A DNA stretch of 64,000 nucleotides from Sedimenticolaceae bacterium (GCA_963691905.1 OY829891.1:293795-357794); one strand, 5' to 3'. Numbered from the stretch's first letter, positions 47,201-56,683 are shown. A program made the numbers and translations. Notes: generated by a model from the letters alone, not told the origin.

Positions 47201-47550
47201 GGGGTCGGAGTCGGGTCAACTACGCAGTGACGTCACTGCCTTCGCTCCGATTTAACACTGTGCCACTCCCTGACGGACTCGCTCTCGACTCTGACCCCGG
47301 AGGGTTGTCAGGGACGGGGCTGGCGGGACCAGGGGTCGGAGTCGGTTCAACTACACAGTATCATCAGCGCCTTCACTCCGAATTTACACTGTGCCACTCC
47401 CCAACAGACTCGCTCTCGACTCTGACCCCGGAAGAAAGAGCGCAGGAACGTAGGGGTCGGAGTCGATTCGACTACGCAGTAGCGTCAGCGCCTTCGCTCC
47501 GCATTTACTCTGTGCCACACCCAAACAGACTCGCTCTCGACTCTGACCCC
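47201..47550. repeat. Three tandem long-form GGGGTCGGAGTC REPs
   Basis: The units are at 47201-47298, 47332-47429 and 47453-47550. Each is bounded by GGGGTCGGAGTCG..TCAACTAC and CTCGCTCTCGACTCTGACCCC. Confidence 0.85.
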
Positions 47551-47572
47551 GGAGGAAAGAGCGCAGGAGCGT

Positions 47573-48106
47573 TCAGTTAAGAATGAATTCGTGTTTTGAA
47601 CTGCCCTGAGAAATGATAACCTCCCAGCGCTTGTCTGCTATCTCCCTGACCAACAACATCGCATCCTCTTTTGCCCTTCCCCAGACAACTACCGAAGTCA
47701 GGTAATCCAGATCCGCCCCCAGAACACCCGAAAGGATCCTTCTCCAGGTTTTCAGATTCAGTCCATCATGAATGGGTTTTCCCAGGGCCTTGGCGAGTTC
47801 AATACTCTGTTCATTGGCAACCTGGTAGGCCTTACTCCGAGTAGCGTACGTGAGAATGATTTCCTGCTCTGTTAACCGTCCCTGCTCGCAGTGATAAACA
47901 ACCGTCGCCTCTCGCCCTCCCTGTTTACCCCGGTACTTGCTGATGCCATTTGCATCCAAGGCAGCCAACTCAACTGACCCCTGGTTCTTCTCGAACTGTG
48001 CGATCTCATCGCAGGGGAATCCGCTCTGGATATCTGCAAGTCGCTGTCCGGCAAATGCCGTTTCGATCAGCAGGAAAAATAATAAACATGCGATGAATTT
48101 TTTCAT
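47573..48106 (-). CDS. Hypothetical secreted protein
   Basis: I set the start at 48106 (MKKFIACLLFFLLIETAFA, signal peptide). I recognised no motif. Confidence 0.5.
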   Translation of the reverse strand: MKKFIACLLFFLLIETAFAGQRLADIQSGFPCDEIAQFEKNQGSVELAALDANGISKYRGKQGGREATVVYHCEQGRLTEQEIILTYATRSKAYQVANEQSIELAKALGKPIHDGLNLKTWRRILSGVLGADLDYLTSVVVWGRAKEDAMLLVREIADKRWEVIISQGSSKHEFILN

Positions 48107-48265
48107 TTGATTATTGAATGCAGAGTAAAGGGGTGAGGAGAGAGAAATGGTGGGTTGCTGCCTGTCACTGCGCTTCAACGTGGGTGACAGGACGTTGACC
48201 ACAGAATCTCAACCTTACCGCAGCAATTGCGAAATGTCTTTTTTGATGTGGCTGATAGGGTGCCA

Positions 48266-48363
48266 GGGATCGGAGTCGGTTCAACTATGAAGTGGTGTCA
48301 GTGCCATTGCTCCGCAGTTACTCTGTGCCACGCCCAAACAGTCTCGCTCTCGACTCCGACCCC
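48266..48363. repeat. Long-form REP (degenerate left end GGGATCGGAGTC)
   Basis: Same family as 47201-47550. Confidence 0.8.
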
Positions 48364-48392
48364 GGAAGAATGTGCCCCCCGGAAGTGTGTCA

Positions 48393-48851
48393 CTAGAACG
48401 GATCAGTAGCACTGCTCTTTTTCGGCGTGCGCATTTCCGGCATATCGGGTTTGAATAGACCCGCTTCAAGATCACGCAACAGATCCTGGCAGGCCTTGAG
48501 TCGGGTGGGTTTCAGGCGCTTGCCCTGCAGGACTATCAGCTCGACGGGATGATGGGCAGGCAACTTTGCCAGCAGGGTAAAGCTGACTGCATCGTCAGTC
48601 GTATGGAAAGACTCCTTGATCTCCGGCCTTATATTCCATTGCTGCGCCAGCCGCTTACGGATCTCCCGCTTAAGTTGTTCAGGATCACTTTGTTTGCGTT
48701 CAGAGGGGAACAGACTGCTGGAGAAGTGGGCGAAAAGCCTGTCTGTGGCGATTACCAGCAGTTGTTGCTCTTTCTGCACCTTCAGGTCCCACAACAGGCA
48801 GCAGTAGGCCGTATAGTGCTGCATCTCTATCTCTCTGTATGCGACAGCCAC
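48393..48851 (-). CDS. Hypothetical protein (second gene of a two-gene pair)
   Basis: 152 aa from the GTG at 48851. An alternative ATG at 48824 lies 2 nt after the upstream stop. Confidence 0.4.
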   Translation of the reverse strand: MAVAYREIEMQHYTAYCCLLWDLKVQKEQQLLVIATDRLFAHFSSSLFPSERKQSDPEQLKREIRKRLAQQWNIRPEIKESFHTTDDAVSFTLLAKLPAHHPVELIVLQGKRLKPTRLKACQDLLRDLEAGLFKPDMPEMRTPKKSSATDPF

Positions 48852-49156
48852 CCGGCATCTGCCTGGCGCTTTAAGGCGTCATGCAGGCCACTCTGTTGCG
48901 AGACAGCGGTGAGCAGTTCGGGATTCTCCCGCAATTGTCGCCAGAAGAAGAGCTGGGTTTCGGCATCGTCCATGTGCCGGCCTTCGAGGTAGCTGAAGAA
49001 ACGCTCACGCAGAAGGCTTTCTCCGCGCATAAAGGCGATTTGCAGATGTGCCGGTAATTTATTGTCTTTGGCGCCGGGCCAACGAAGGGCGCGTTGAAAG
49101 CGGGTGGTGATATAGGCAGAGAGAGGAGAGATGATCTGCCTGAGTTGTTTTGCCAT
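48827..49156 (-). CDS. Hypothetical protein (first gene of a two-gene pair)
   Basis: I set the start at the ATG at 49156 (MAKQLRQ). The ORF-track N-terminal extension is REP-encoded. Confidence 0.4.
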   Translation of the reverse strand: MAKQLRQIISPLSAYITTRFQRALRWPGAKDNKLPAHLQIAFMRGESLLRERFFSYLEGRHMDDAETQLFFWRQLRENPELLTAVSQQSGLHDALKRQADAGWLSHTER

Positions 49157-49194
49157 GCTGTGTCCTACGAATTCAATAGGGTTCGGTAGAGTAA

Positions 49195-49323
49195 GGGGTC
49201 GGAGTCGATTCAACTACTAGAGTAAGGGGTCGGAGTCGATTCAACTACAAAGTAACACCACCTGCTTCGCAATCAGCTTGCTTCATACGACTCCCCAATA
49301 GACTCGCTCTCGACTCCGACCCC
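49195..49323. repeat. Long-form REP with a 31-bp duplication of its left end
   Basis: GGGGTCGGAGTCGATTCAACTAC occurs at 49195 and again at 49226. The right end is at 49323, 26 bp from the tRNA-Sec 3' end. Confidence 0.85.
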
Positions 49324-49349
49324 GGAGGATAAAAACGCAGGGGGGAATT

Positions 49350-49443
49350 TGGAGCGGACGACGGGATTCGAACCCGCACTACCCGGGGGCAACCGGAATG
49401 TCGGGCTCTGAAGGCCCGCGTGCTACCGTTACACTACGTCCGC
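49350..49443 (-). tRNA. selC: tRNA-Sec (anticodon UCA)
   Basis: 94 nt on the minus strand. The acceptor is GCGGACG/CGTCCGC (8 bp if the flanking A-T pair is counted). The anticodon stem is CGGGC/GCCCG with loop CUUCAGA. There is a long variable arm (~24 nt) and a T-arm GCGGG-TTCGAAT-CCCGT. CCA is encoded. Confidence 0.85.
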
Positions 49444-49616
49444 TTGAGAAAATGTGATTTTATACCACCGAAACCGGTAACTGTCAGATCAGGTTGCGAC
49501 TACTACAAATTATTGCGTGTCTGGGACCGACCTGCGTAAAGCCGGGTTTTCCAGTGCCATTTTTCTCTGACCCGGTTTTCGCATTTTTACTAACCCTACG
49601 AACCAGTGACACTGAC

Positions 49617-50294
49617 ATGACAGACCAGCCTGACACTGAAGCCAACAATGAACCACTGTTCACTCCAGTTGAGGCCCGCATACTCGGCGTGTTGATGGAG
49701 AAACAGCGGGCCACGCCGGACAACTATCCGCTCACCCTCAACGCACTGGTACAGGCCTGCAACCAGAAGACCAGCCGCAACCCGGTGATGCAGCTGACCC
49801 AGGGGGAGGTTGGCCACACCGTCAACCTGCTGCGGGATCGGGAACTGATCCGTTCGAGCTTCTCCGGCCGGGCTGAGCGGTATGAACAGAAACTCGGCAG
49901 GCATCTTGAGCTTGGTCGGGAGGAACAGGCAGTACTCTGCGTCCTGCTGTTGCGCGGACCCCAGACGCTGGGTGAGCTGCGTACCCACGGTTCGCGCCTG
50001 GCGGATTTTGCCGGTCTGGAGGATGTCCGAGATGCCTTGGAACTGCTGATGGCGCAAGATCCTTCATTGGTGGCGACCCTCCCCAAGGGGCCGGGACGAC
50101 GCGAGGACCGATACGCCCAGCTGCTGAGTAATGAACCGAAGGAGGAGCGGTCTATGGCCGCTGCTGCGACGGAAACGACCGGTGAAGCTGATCGCCTGGC
50201 GGCCCTTGAGGAGGAAGTCCGGCAGTTGCGTGCCGAAATCGACACATTGTGGCGGTTGACCGGGCTGCAGAGACCATCATCGGAAGAGAAATAG
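49617..50294 (+). CDS. YceH (DUF480) family protein
   Basis: I set the start at 49617. FTPVEARILGVLMEKQRATPDNYPLTLNAL..ACNQKTSR.P is typical of YceH. Confidence 0.8.
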   Translation: MTDQPDTEANNEPLFTPVEARILGVLMEKQRATPDNYPLTLNALVQACNQKTSRNPVMQLTQGEVGHTVNLLRDRELIRSSFSGRAERYEQKLGRHLELGREEQAVLCVLLLRGPQTLGELRTHGSRLADFAGLEDVRDALELLMAQDPSLVATLPKGPGRREDRYAQLLSNEPKEERSMAAAATETTGEADRLAALEEEVRQLRAEIDTLWRLTGLQRPSSEEK

Positions 50295-50331
50295 TCTTTC
50301 GCTCTCACCTCAAAGCATGACCCGTTGCCCC

Positions 50332-51402
50332 CTACAGAAACGGGTAATCGGTATAACCTTTTTCATCACCGCCGTAAAACGTCCCGGGATCTGGCTCGTT
50401 AAGTCGTGCACCCTGAGCAAATCGCTCAGGCAGGTCCGGATTGGCGAGAAACAGCTGGCCGAAGGCAACCAAATCAGCATCACCCTGTTGCAACGCCTGC
50501 TCGGCCCTGGCTTGTGTATAGCCATTGTTGGCCATGTAGAGACCGCCAAAACGACGCTTGAGCTCGTGATAATCCACCCGACGATCTCCACCCAACATAT
50601 CGCCTTCCAATACATGCAGGTAGACAAGCTGATGCCCACGCAACATATCAACAACTGCATTAAACGTCGCTTGCGGTTGTGAATCCCGAATGTCATTGAA
50701 CTGGTTTTCAGGTGACAGGCGCACGCCTATACGGTTGCCAGGCCAAACTGTACTCACCGCTGTAATCACTTCATCCAACAGGCGCATACGGTTTTCAATA
50801 CTGCCGCCATAGGAATCAGTTCGGGTGTTGGTGCCATCGCGTAAAAACTCATCCAGCAAATAGCCATTCGCTGCATGGATCTCCACCCCGTCAAAGCCTG
50901 CATCCCTGGCTCTTTGTGCGGCTCCCGCATAATCTGCACACAGACCGGGGATCTCTTCGATGGTCAGGGCACGGGGGGTCTCGAAAGGCTGCATGCCCTC
51001 ATAGGTCACGGCATCACCTTCAGGGCGGATGGCCGACGGAGCTACCGGCTGAAGGTTATCGGGCAACATCGAGGAGTGAGATATGCGCCCCACATGCCAG
51101 AGCTGGATAAAGATACGTCCGCCTTCGGCATGCACGGCATCGGTTACCTGCCGCCATCCCGCCACTTGCTCATCGCTGTGGATTCCCGGTGTTGCGGGAT
51201 AGCCAACGGCCTCGGGCGAGATCTGACTGGCCTCGGTAATAATCAACCCGGCAGCGGCCCGCTGAGAGTAGTACTCGGCGTTTAGTGCCGTGGGCACATT
51301 TCCCTCGCCGGCCCGGTTGCGGGTCATGGGTGCCATCACAATACGATTCGGCAGTGTCAGGCCACCCAGCGTGAACGGGGTAAAAAGATCGATATTATTC
51401 AT
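50332..51402 (-). CDS. Alkene reductase / NADH:flavin oxidoreductase, Old Yellow Enzyme family
   Basis: 356 aa with LPNRIVMAPMTRNRA...IQLWHVGRISH...HAANGYLLDEFL. Confidence 0.85.
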   Translation of the reverse strand: MNNIDLFTPFTLGGLTLPNRIVMAPMTRNRAGEGNVPTALNAEYYSQRAAAGLIITEASQISPEAVGYPATPGIHSDEQVAGWRQVTDAVHAEGGRIFIQLWHVGRISHSSMLPDNLQPVAPSAIRPEGDAVTYEGMQPFETPRALTIEEIPGLCADYAGAAQRARDAGFDGVEIHAANGYLLDEFLRDGTNTRTDSYGGSIENRMRLLDEVITAVSTVWPGNRIGVRLSPENQFNDIRDSQPQATFNAVVDMLRGHQLVYLHVLEGDMLGGDRRVDYHELKRRFGGLYMANNGYTQARAEQALQQGDADLVAFGQLFLANPDLPERFAQGARLNEPDPGTFYGGDEKGYTDYPFL

Positions 51403-51665
51403 TATTCACCTCTCTTTCTCAGCTACATGAAGGCATGGTTGCCGTTGAAACTCTGGTTGAAGAAACACCCATTTTCATGACTGCACCCTCCATTTACGAA
51501 TGGTAGGAGATCGAGTTTAACTGCCCCGGTTTCGTTGATAACAGTAATGATAGGGCATTTTCGACCCCATATTTTGCATAAGAGGATGTTTGATATGTTT
51601 CTGGCTTTCTTTTTCCGACGAAAACCCACTCAAACGTAGGCCAAATCCGCTGCGCTTGATCAGGC

Positions 51666-52442
51666 CTACTTCTTGATGCCCACACCCCGGTGCAGCAGGT
51701 TCAGACTATAGGCCGACAGGGCCAAAATAAACGAGAGAATGATCATTATCGCAATACCCAAATCGATATCCGAAACGCCAATAAGACCGAAGCGAAAGGC
51801 GTTCACCATATAGAGCACAGGATTGGCCATGGAGACATCCTGCCAGAATTGGGGCAACAGCTGGATGGAGTAGAAGACTCCGCCCAGATAGGTCAGAGGT
51901 GTCAGCACAAAGGTCGGCACGATAGCGATATCATCAAAGGTGTTGGCATAGACCGCGTTGATAAAACCCGCCAGGGCAAACAGGATCGAAGTCAAAATGA
52001 ACACCAGCAGCGTGACAGCGTAACTGTGTATCTCAAGATCGGTAAAGAACAGTGAGACCAGTGTCACCACGCTGCCGACGGCAACGCCCCTGGCCACTCC
52101 GCCACTGACATATCCTGCCAATACCACCCAACTCGGCACGGGCGCCACCAGCATCTCATCCACATAGTGTTGAAATTTTGCGCTGTAGAAGGAGGAGACC
52201 ACGTTGGCATAGGAGTTCTGTATCACCGACATCAGGATCAAGCCCGGCACGATGAAATCGATGTAGCGGAAACCATCCATCTCCCCGATGCGATCACCGA
52301 TCAGAGTGCCGAAGATAACGAAGTAGAGGCTGGTGGTGATTGCCGGCGGCAGTATGGTCTGGATCCAGATGCGGCTGAAACGCAGCACCTCTTTGATGAC
52401 AATGGTGCGATAGGCGGTAGTGTAGCGGCTCCAGCGGGTCAC
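51666..52442 (-). CDS. ABC-2 type transporter permease (YadH-like)
   Basis: 258 aa with six predicted TM segments. It overlaps the upstream ATPase gene by 4 nt. Confidence 0.8.
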   Translation of the reverse strand: MTRWSRYTTAYRTIVIKEVLRFSRIWIQTILPPAITTSLYFVIFGTLIGDRIGEMDGFRYIDFIVPGLILMSVIQNSYANVVSSFYSAKFQHYVDEMLVAPVPSWVVLAGYVSGGVARGVAVGSVVTLVSLFFTDLEIHSYAVTLLVFILTSILFALAGFINAVYANTFDDIAIVPTFVLTPLTYLGGVFYSIQLLPQFWQDVSMANPVLYMVNAFRFGLIGVSDIDLGIAIMIILSFILALSAYSLNLLHRGVGIKK

Positions 52443-53377
52443 GCTTTCCCCTCCGCTATGCTGCTGCGATCCCGGTCCACCATATTGATGAACATCTGTT
52501 CCAGACGGTTCTGCTTGTTGCGCATGCTGACAACCTCGATGCCGTTGCGGGAGAGCGTTTCAAAGAGGTCGTTGACGGTTTGCCCGCGGGTGAGTTCCAC
52601 CTCCAGCGTGACGTCATCCACCTGCACCAGGATATATTCGTCCAGTTCCGGCAGACGGGTGAGTTCCTCACGCAGGTTGAGCACGAAGGTCTCCGCGTGC
52701 AGACGGCTCAGCAGTCCCGAGAGCGAAGACTGCTCCACGATCCGGCCGTGGTTGATGATGGCGATGTTGCGGCAGAGGCTCTCCGCCTCTTCGAGATAGT
52801 GAGTGGTGAGAATGATAGTGGTGCCCTGTGAGTTAATCTCACGCAGAAACGCCCACATGGAACGGCGGATCTCGATATCCACCCCGGCAGTGGGTTCATC
52901 GAGGATCAACAAACGCGGCCGATGCACCAACGCACGGGCGATCATCAGACGGCGTTTCATTCCGCCGGAGAGCGCACGGGCCTGTGCGCTGCGCCGGTCC
53001 CAGAGATCGAGCCGTTTCAGACTCTTCTCCGCCCGCAGATAGGCCTCGCTTCGGGGTATGCCGTAGTACCCCGCCTGATTGACCAGGATCTCCACCACCG
53101 GCTCCCACTGATTGAAATTGAACTCCTGAGGCACCAGGCCGATGGACTGCTTGGCTGCCTCACGCTCCCTGTCGGTATCATGGCCAAATACCGCCACCTG
53201 CCCGGATGATTTGTTGACCAGGGAGGCGATGATACCGATGGCAGTCGACTTTCCTGCACCGTTGGGGCCCAGCAGTGCAAAAAAATCCCCCTCTTCTACA
53301 TCGAGATTGATACCTTTCAGCGCCTCAAAGCCGTTGTTGAATCTCTTGTGCAGATTTCGAATGGAGAGAGCGTTCAC
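52439..53377 (-). CDS. ABC transporter ATP-binding protein (YadG-like)
   Basis: Walker A GPNGAGKST, signature LSGGMKRR and Walker B LLILDEPT. Confidence 0.85.
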   Translation of the reverse strand: MNALSIRNLHKRFNNGFEALKGINLDVEEGDFFALLGPNGAGKSTAIGIIASLVNKSSGQVAVFGHDTDREREAAKQSIGLVPQEFNFNQWEPVVEILVNQAGYYGIPRSEAYLRAEKSLKRLDLWDRRSAQARALSGGMKRRLMIARALVHRPRLLILDEPTAGVDIEIRRSMWAFLREINSQGTTIILTTHYLEEAESLCRNIAIINHGRIVEQSSLSGLLSRLHAETFVLNLREELTRLPELDEYILVQVDDVTLEVELTRGQTVNDLFETLSRNGIEVVSMRNKQNRLEQMFINMVDRDRSSIAEGKA

Positions 53378-53535
53378 GGCAGGACTACAGCAGATGGATG
53401 ATGGCCGCCTATTCTACAGATAATCGGCCAGCAGGGGTCAGAGTCAAACCGGACAGCGCGGCAGGTAATTGGGATTGAGTTGAGCGGATTGCCCCCACCC
53501 CCTGCCGCTTCGCAGCAAACTGCGGGGGATAGCGG

Positions 53536-54291
53536 TTAATCAGGAATTCCATTGAGTCGCTGTTTCGTCTCCGCCCACAATGCCTCGTAGGCCTGTGCTG
53601 CTACTCCTCGCAGGGCATACTCTGCCACAGGCATGCGGAATATACCCATCCGCTCCACATCACTGGCATAGGGGATACGGGTCTCCAGCACCTCGCTGTG
53701 CGTGGCAGGCAGATTCTTCATGACATCGAGATGCATCCGCTTGCGCCGGTCCACCATGGAAAAGAAGGGCATCAGCTCCAGCCCGTCTATACGATGGCCC
53801 TCAAGAAAATCGAGCAATTGGTCAAAGGTTCGCAGGGAGAGAATAGTCGGTATCAGGGGCAACATCAGGCCATCGGCGGCACGAAAGATGTTTTCCGAGA
53901 CCAGCGATATACTGGGCGGACAGTCGAGAAAAACATAATCATAGGCACGGGAGAGGGGACGCAGCAGTCTCAGCAGCTGTTTGGTGGGCTTGCTGGCGGT
54001 CTCCAATCTCAGATCCATATTCCGATAGGAGAAATCCGCCGGCAGAATGTCAAGGTTGTCAAAGTCGGTGGCCTTGACCAGCGAGTCGAGATCGAGCTTG
54101 CCTTTCACCAGGCGTTTACTGCCGCCTTTTACCTTCGGTTTGACACGAAAATAGAAGGTCGCTGCAGCCTGGGGATCAAGATCCCAGATCAGGGTGCGGT
54201 AGCCCTCTTTCGCCGCCAGGTAGGCAAGATTCACCGCCGTGGCAGTCTTGCCCACCCCACCCTTGATGTTGTAGATGCCGATGATCTTCAT
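53536..54291 (-). CDS. ParA/MinD-family ATPase (orphan, short form)
   Basis: 251 aa with the deviant Walker A NIKGGVGKT. There is no N-terminal HTH. It overlaps the upstream CYTH-CHAD gene by 4 nt. Confidence 0.8.
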   Translation of the reverse strand: MKIIGIYNIKGGVGKTATAVNLAYLAAKEGYRTLIWDLDPQAAATFYFRVKPKVKGGSKRLVKGKLDLDSLVKATDFDNLDILPADFSYRNMDLRLETASKPTKQLLRLLRPLSRAYDYVFLDCPPSISLVSENIFRAADGLMLPLIPTILSLRTFDQLLDFLEGHRIDGLELMPFFSMVDRRKRMHLDVMKNLPATHSEVLETRIPYASDVERMGIFRMPVAEYALRGVAAQAYEALWAETKQRLNGIPD

Positions 54292-56003
54292 GCAGCCCCC
54301 TTGCCACCAAAGAGTGTCTTGAATGTGTCGCGATTGTCCTGCGCGGCAAAGTCGGTAAACAGGGCCGCGAACTCAGCCCGGGCCTGCTGTTGCTTCGCCA
54401 GCAGATCACCCACCAGGATGCCCATCGCAATCACCGGCCGGGCGCCGCTCCCCTCTTTCAGCATCTGCTCACCAAAAACCTCCAGGCTCTCCGCCTGCAC
54501 CTGCAGATCCTGAAAGTCGCCGAGATTATCCAGCAGGATCTTCATCGCCTTGATCACCTTGCGAATATCGCGCTTGGGATAGAGACTCTGAAAGAACTCC
54601 ATGAGATAGCGCAGTTTCTTGCACGATTTGCGCAGATCGTGAAGCGCTTCCGCCGGGGAGTCCGGAGTAATCGCCAATCCCTCTCTCAACACCCGATGGT
54701 AGATCTTGCGAATGCGCAGATCCGCCACCGTCGCGGCCGGCTTCCGGGCATTGACTTCAACCGGCGCCTCCGGCAGTGGCGACTCCAGCCAGCTACGCCA
54801 ATCCTTCATCAATTTCCGGAAATGGGGAGAGTTGATCTTGCGCACCAGAGCACGCTGCGCACCCTGATGATGATTCACCAGGAAGTCGTGAAAGGGATCG
54901 AGATCCGCTTGCACCACCGTCGGCAGACTCGCCCGAAGATCAGCAAATTTCAGCAGATAGACATCCAGGTCGCGGGTCGGCCCGGTGATCTTGCCGATCC
55001 ACCCCAGACCCTGTTTGAAACGTTCGATATCGGTTTCGGCGAAGATGTTCTTGACCTGCCCCAGTAACGAACGGCTGCGGCGCACTGCGACCCGTAGATC
55101 GTGGAGAAATTCTGAATCAAGATTTGCCCGGGTACCGGAAATGTTTGCTTCCATGGTATCCAACAGGCCCAGCAGTATTTTTCGACCAGCAGCGTCAGCG
55201 CGCTGTTCAGGGTCGAGCCGATAGTTGAGCTTGGATGAGTAGTCCACGGGCCGCCGGCCAATTCCGTCGAGCGCGCCGATGAACGGCGTCTGAGTTGCCA
55301 CCTCTAACCCCATACTCTCCAGATCCGCCTGCAGCCGGAGGAATGGTTTTGGGTAGCCTTTAAGCGGCAGCAGGGTGAGGGTCGGTTCCAACGAACCCTG
55401 CTGTTTGCCATCCTGGGAGCTGTAGCGGTTCTCTTCCAGCACAATCCGAACAACCGTCTTCTCCTCCCTGTCGAGCAGTCTCAGGGTTCGCAGATGACTA
55501 TCCACCCTGACCAGAGGTAACAGTGTACGCATTTCGAGTATTGGGGAGAGTCGCTCACGCATCTCACCAACCGGCAGGGAGTCGCTGAATCCAGGGTTCT
55601 GCTGCAGCGCCTCACACGCCACTTGCTCCCCGCTGTGATGTTCAATCCAGCAGAGACGGCCACCCGCCGAAGACTTTTCGAAGGTCAGTTCCGCACCCGC
55701 CTGCCAAACCCGCCAGTCAAAACTGTCGAGAAAGACCAGGCTATCATCACTTTTGGGGGCTTTCAGGAAGCGGTGGGATTGGGCCAGCGCAGACTCGACG
55801 CCGTCCAGTCCCAAGTCGTCAGGCAGAGTGTATTTGATCGGCTGCAGCAACATTGCTTTGATTCCAAGACACAGAGGGTTGGAAGAGTAACCGACACCCT
55901 TGTGGCAGGCAATCTCAATTGACGCATTCATCTCTGCGTTTTTTCGGAATCGTTTCCGGACGGACAGCCGGCAGGGGCAGTGTGGCACCGCCCCTGCATC
56001 CAA
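54288..56003 (-). CDS. CYTH and CHAD domain-containing protein
   Basis: CHAD-type helices are present (LHDLRVAVRRSRSLL, LHDLRKSCKKLRYLMEFF), preceded by a CYTH-like N-terminal half. The true start is uncertain; the alternative ATGs at 55931 or 55853 are probably more realistic than 56003. Confidence 0.7.
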   Translation of the reverse strand: MDAGAVPHCPCRLSVRKRFRKNAEMNASIEIACHKGVGYSSNPLCLGIKAMLLQPIKYTLPDDLGLDGVESALAQSHRFLKAPKSDDSLVFLDSFDWRVWQAGAELTFEKSSAGGRLCWIEHHSGEQVACEALQQNPGFSDSLPVGEMRERLSPILEMRTLLPLVRVDSHLRTLRLLDREEKTVVRIVLEENRYSSQDGKQQGSLEPTLTLLPLKGYPKPFLRLQADLESMGLEVATQTPFIGALDGIGRRPVDYSSKLNYRLDPEQRADAAGRKILLGLLDTMEANISGTRANLDSEFLHDLRVAVRRSRSLLGQVKNIFAETDIERFKQGLGWIGKITGPTRDLDVYLLKFADLRASLPTVVQADLDPFHDFLVNHHQGAQRALVRKINSPHFRKLMKDWRSWLESPLPEAPVEVNARKPAATVADLRIRKIYHRVLREGLAITPDSPAEALHDLRKSCKKLRYLMEFFQSLYPKRDIRKVIKAMKILLDNLGDFQDLQVQAESLEVFGEQMLKEGSGARPVIAMGILVGDLLAKQQQARAEFAALFTDFAAQDNRDTFKTLFGGKGAA

Positions 56004-56031
56004 GGGGGGATAAAATTAGAAAGCGTTTGAA

Positions 56032-56466
56032 TCAGTGGGTAACCGGGATTCGGCGAGGCTGCAGCGCAGCTCTCTTCTTGATCAGCACTTCCAGTACACC
56101 GTGACTGGTTGCCGCGCTGATCTCTGTATCGTCGGCCATTTCCGGCAATTTGAAACTGCGGCGAAATGCCCCTTGAATGCGTTCGCGGCGACTGTAATCT
56201 CGCTTTTCGTTCTCGGCATCCACCACCTTACGTTCACCGGAGATCTCCAGCACGCCATCCTCCATGGAGACCTCGATCTCTTCCGGGGCAACACCGGGGA
56301 TATCCAGCGTCAGGCGATAGTGATCTTCAGCCTCACGAATATCCACCGCCGGTGTCCAGACGGATGCTGCGGCAACCTGTTGCTGTTTGCGCGCCTGCAT
56401 CAGGCGATCCATCTCGCGGCCAAAGTCGTGCAACTGGGTCCAGGGCTCATTGTGAAAAATACTCAT
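56032..56466 (-). CDS. Hsp20/alpha-crystallin family small heat-shock protein
   Basis: 144 aa with an alpha-crystallin core, PAVDIREAEDHYRLTLDIPGV...GVLEI. Confidence 0.9.
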   Translation of the reverse strand: MSIFHNEPWTQLHDFGREMDRLMQARKQQQVAAASVWTPAVDIREAEDHYRLTLDIPGVAPEEIEVSMEDGVLEISGERKVVDAENEKRDYSRRERIQGAFRRSFKLPEMADDTEISAATSHGVLEVLIKKRAALQPRRIPVTH

Positions 56467-56507
56467 TTTTTCGTTCTCCAGAAATTGTGTTTTGCTGTTG
56501 TCTGAAG

Positions 56508-56535
56508 AGATTGGGACACACCCTATTTTTTCAAG
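56508..56535 (-). promoter_or_regulatory. Sigma-32-type heat-shock promoter upstream of hsp20
   Basis: On the minus strand the sequence reads CTTGAAA (56535-56529), then a 13-nt spacer, then CCCAATCT (56515-56508). The consensus is CTTGAAA-N13-15-CCCCATNT. The site is 42 nt upstream of the ATG. Confidence 0.55.
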
Positions 56536-56683
56536 TGCTGATATGAAAAATGCGATAACCCCGAACTAAAAAGCGGTTGTTGTTCCTTGAAGCGGGCTCC
56601 ATACGCAACTTATACTCGCATCCAACATCGACTTAACGAAAACAGGTGCCGGTTTCCACGGCCCCCTACAGGCAGCGACGATT

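Noticed and set aside
47201-47550. Three evenly sized ~98-bp units that at first glance resemble a short CRISPR-like array.
   Set aside because: The units themselves are long palindromic REPs of the RAYT-linked family. The 'spacers' are only 33 and 23 bp and partly similar to each other. No cas genes or leader are present.
43210-49350. An intact integrative island or prophage at tRNA-Sec.
   Set aside because: I found no integrase, excisionase or phage structural genes, and no duplicated tRNA 3' end. Only REPs, a RAYT and an IS66 are present, so I report it as an accessory or decayed stretch only.
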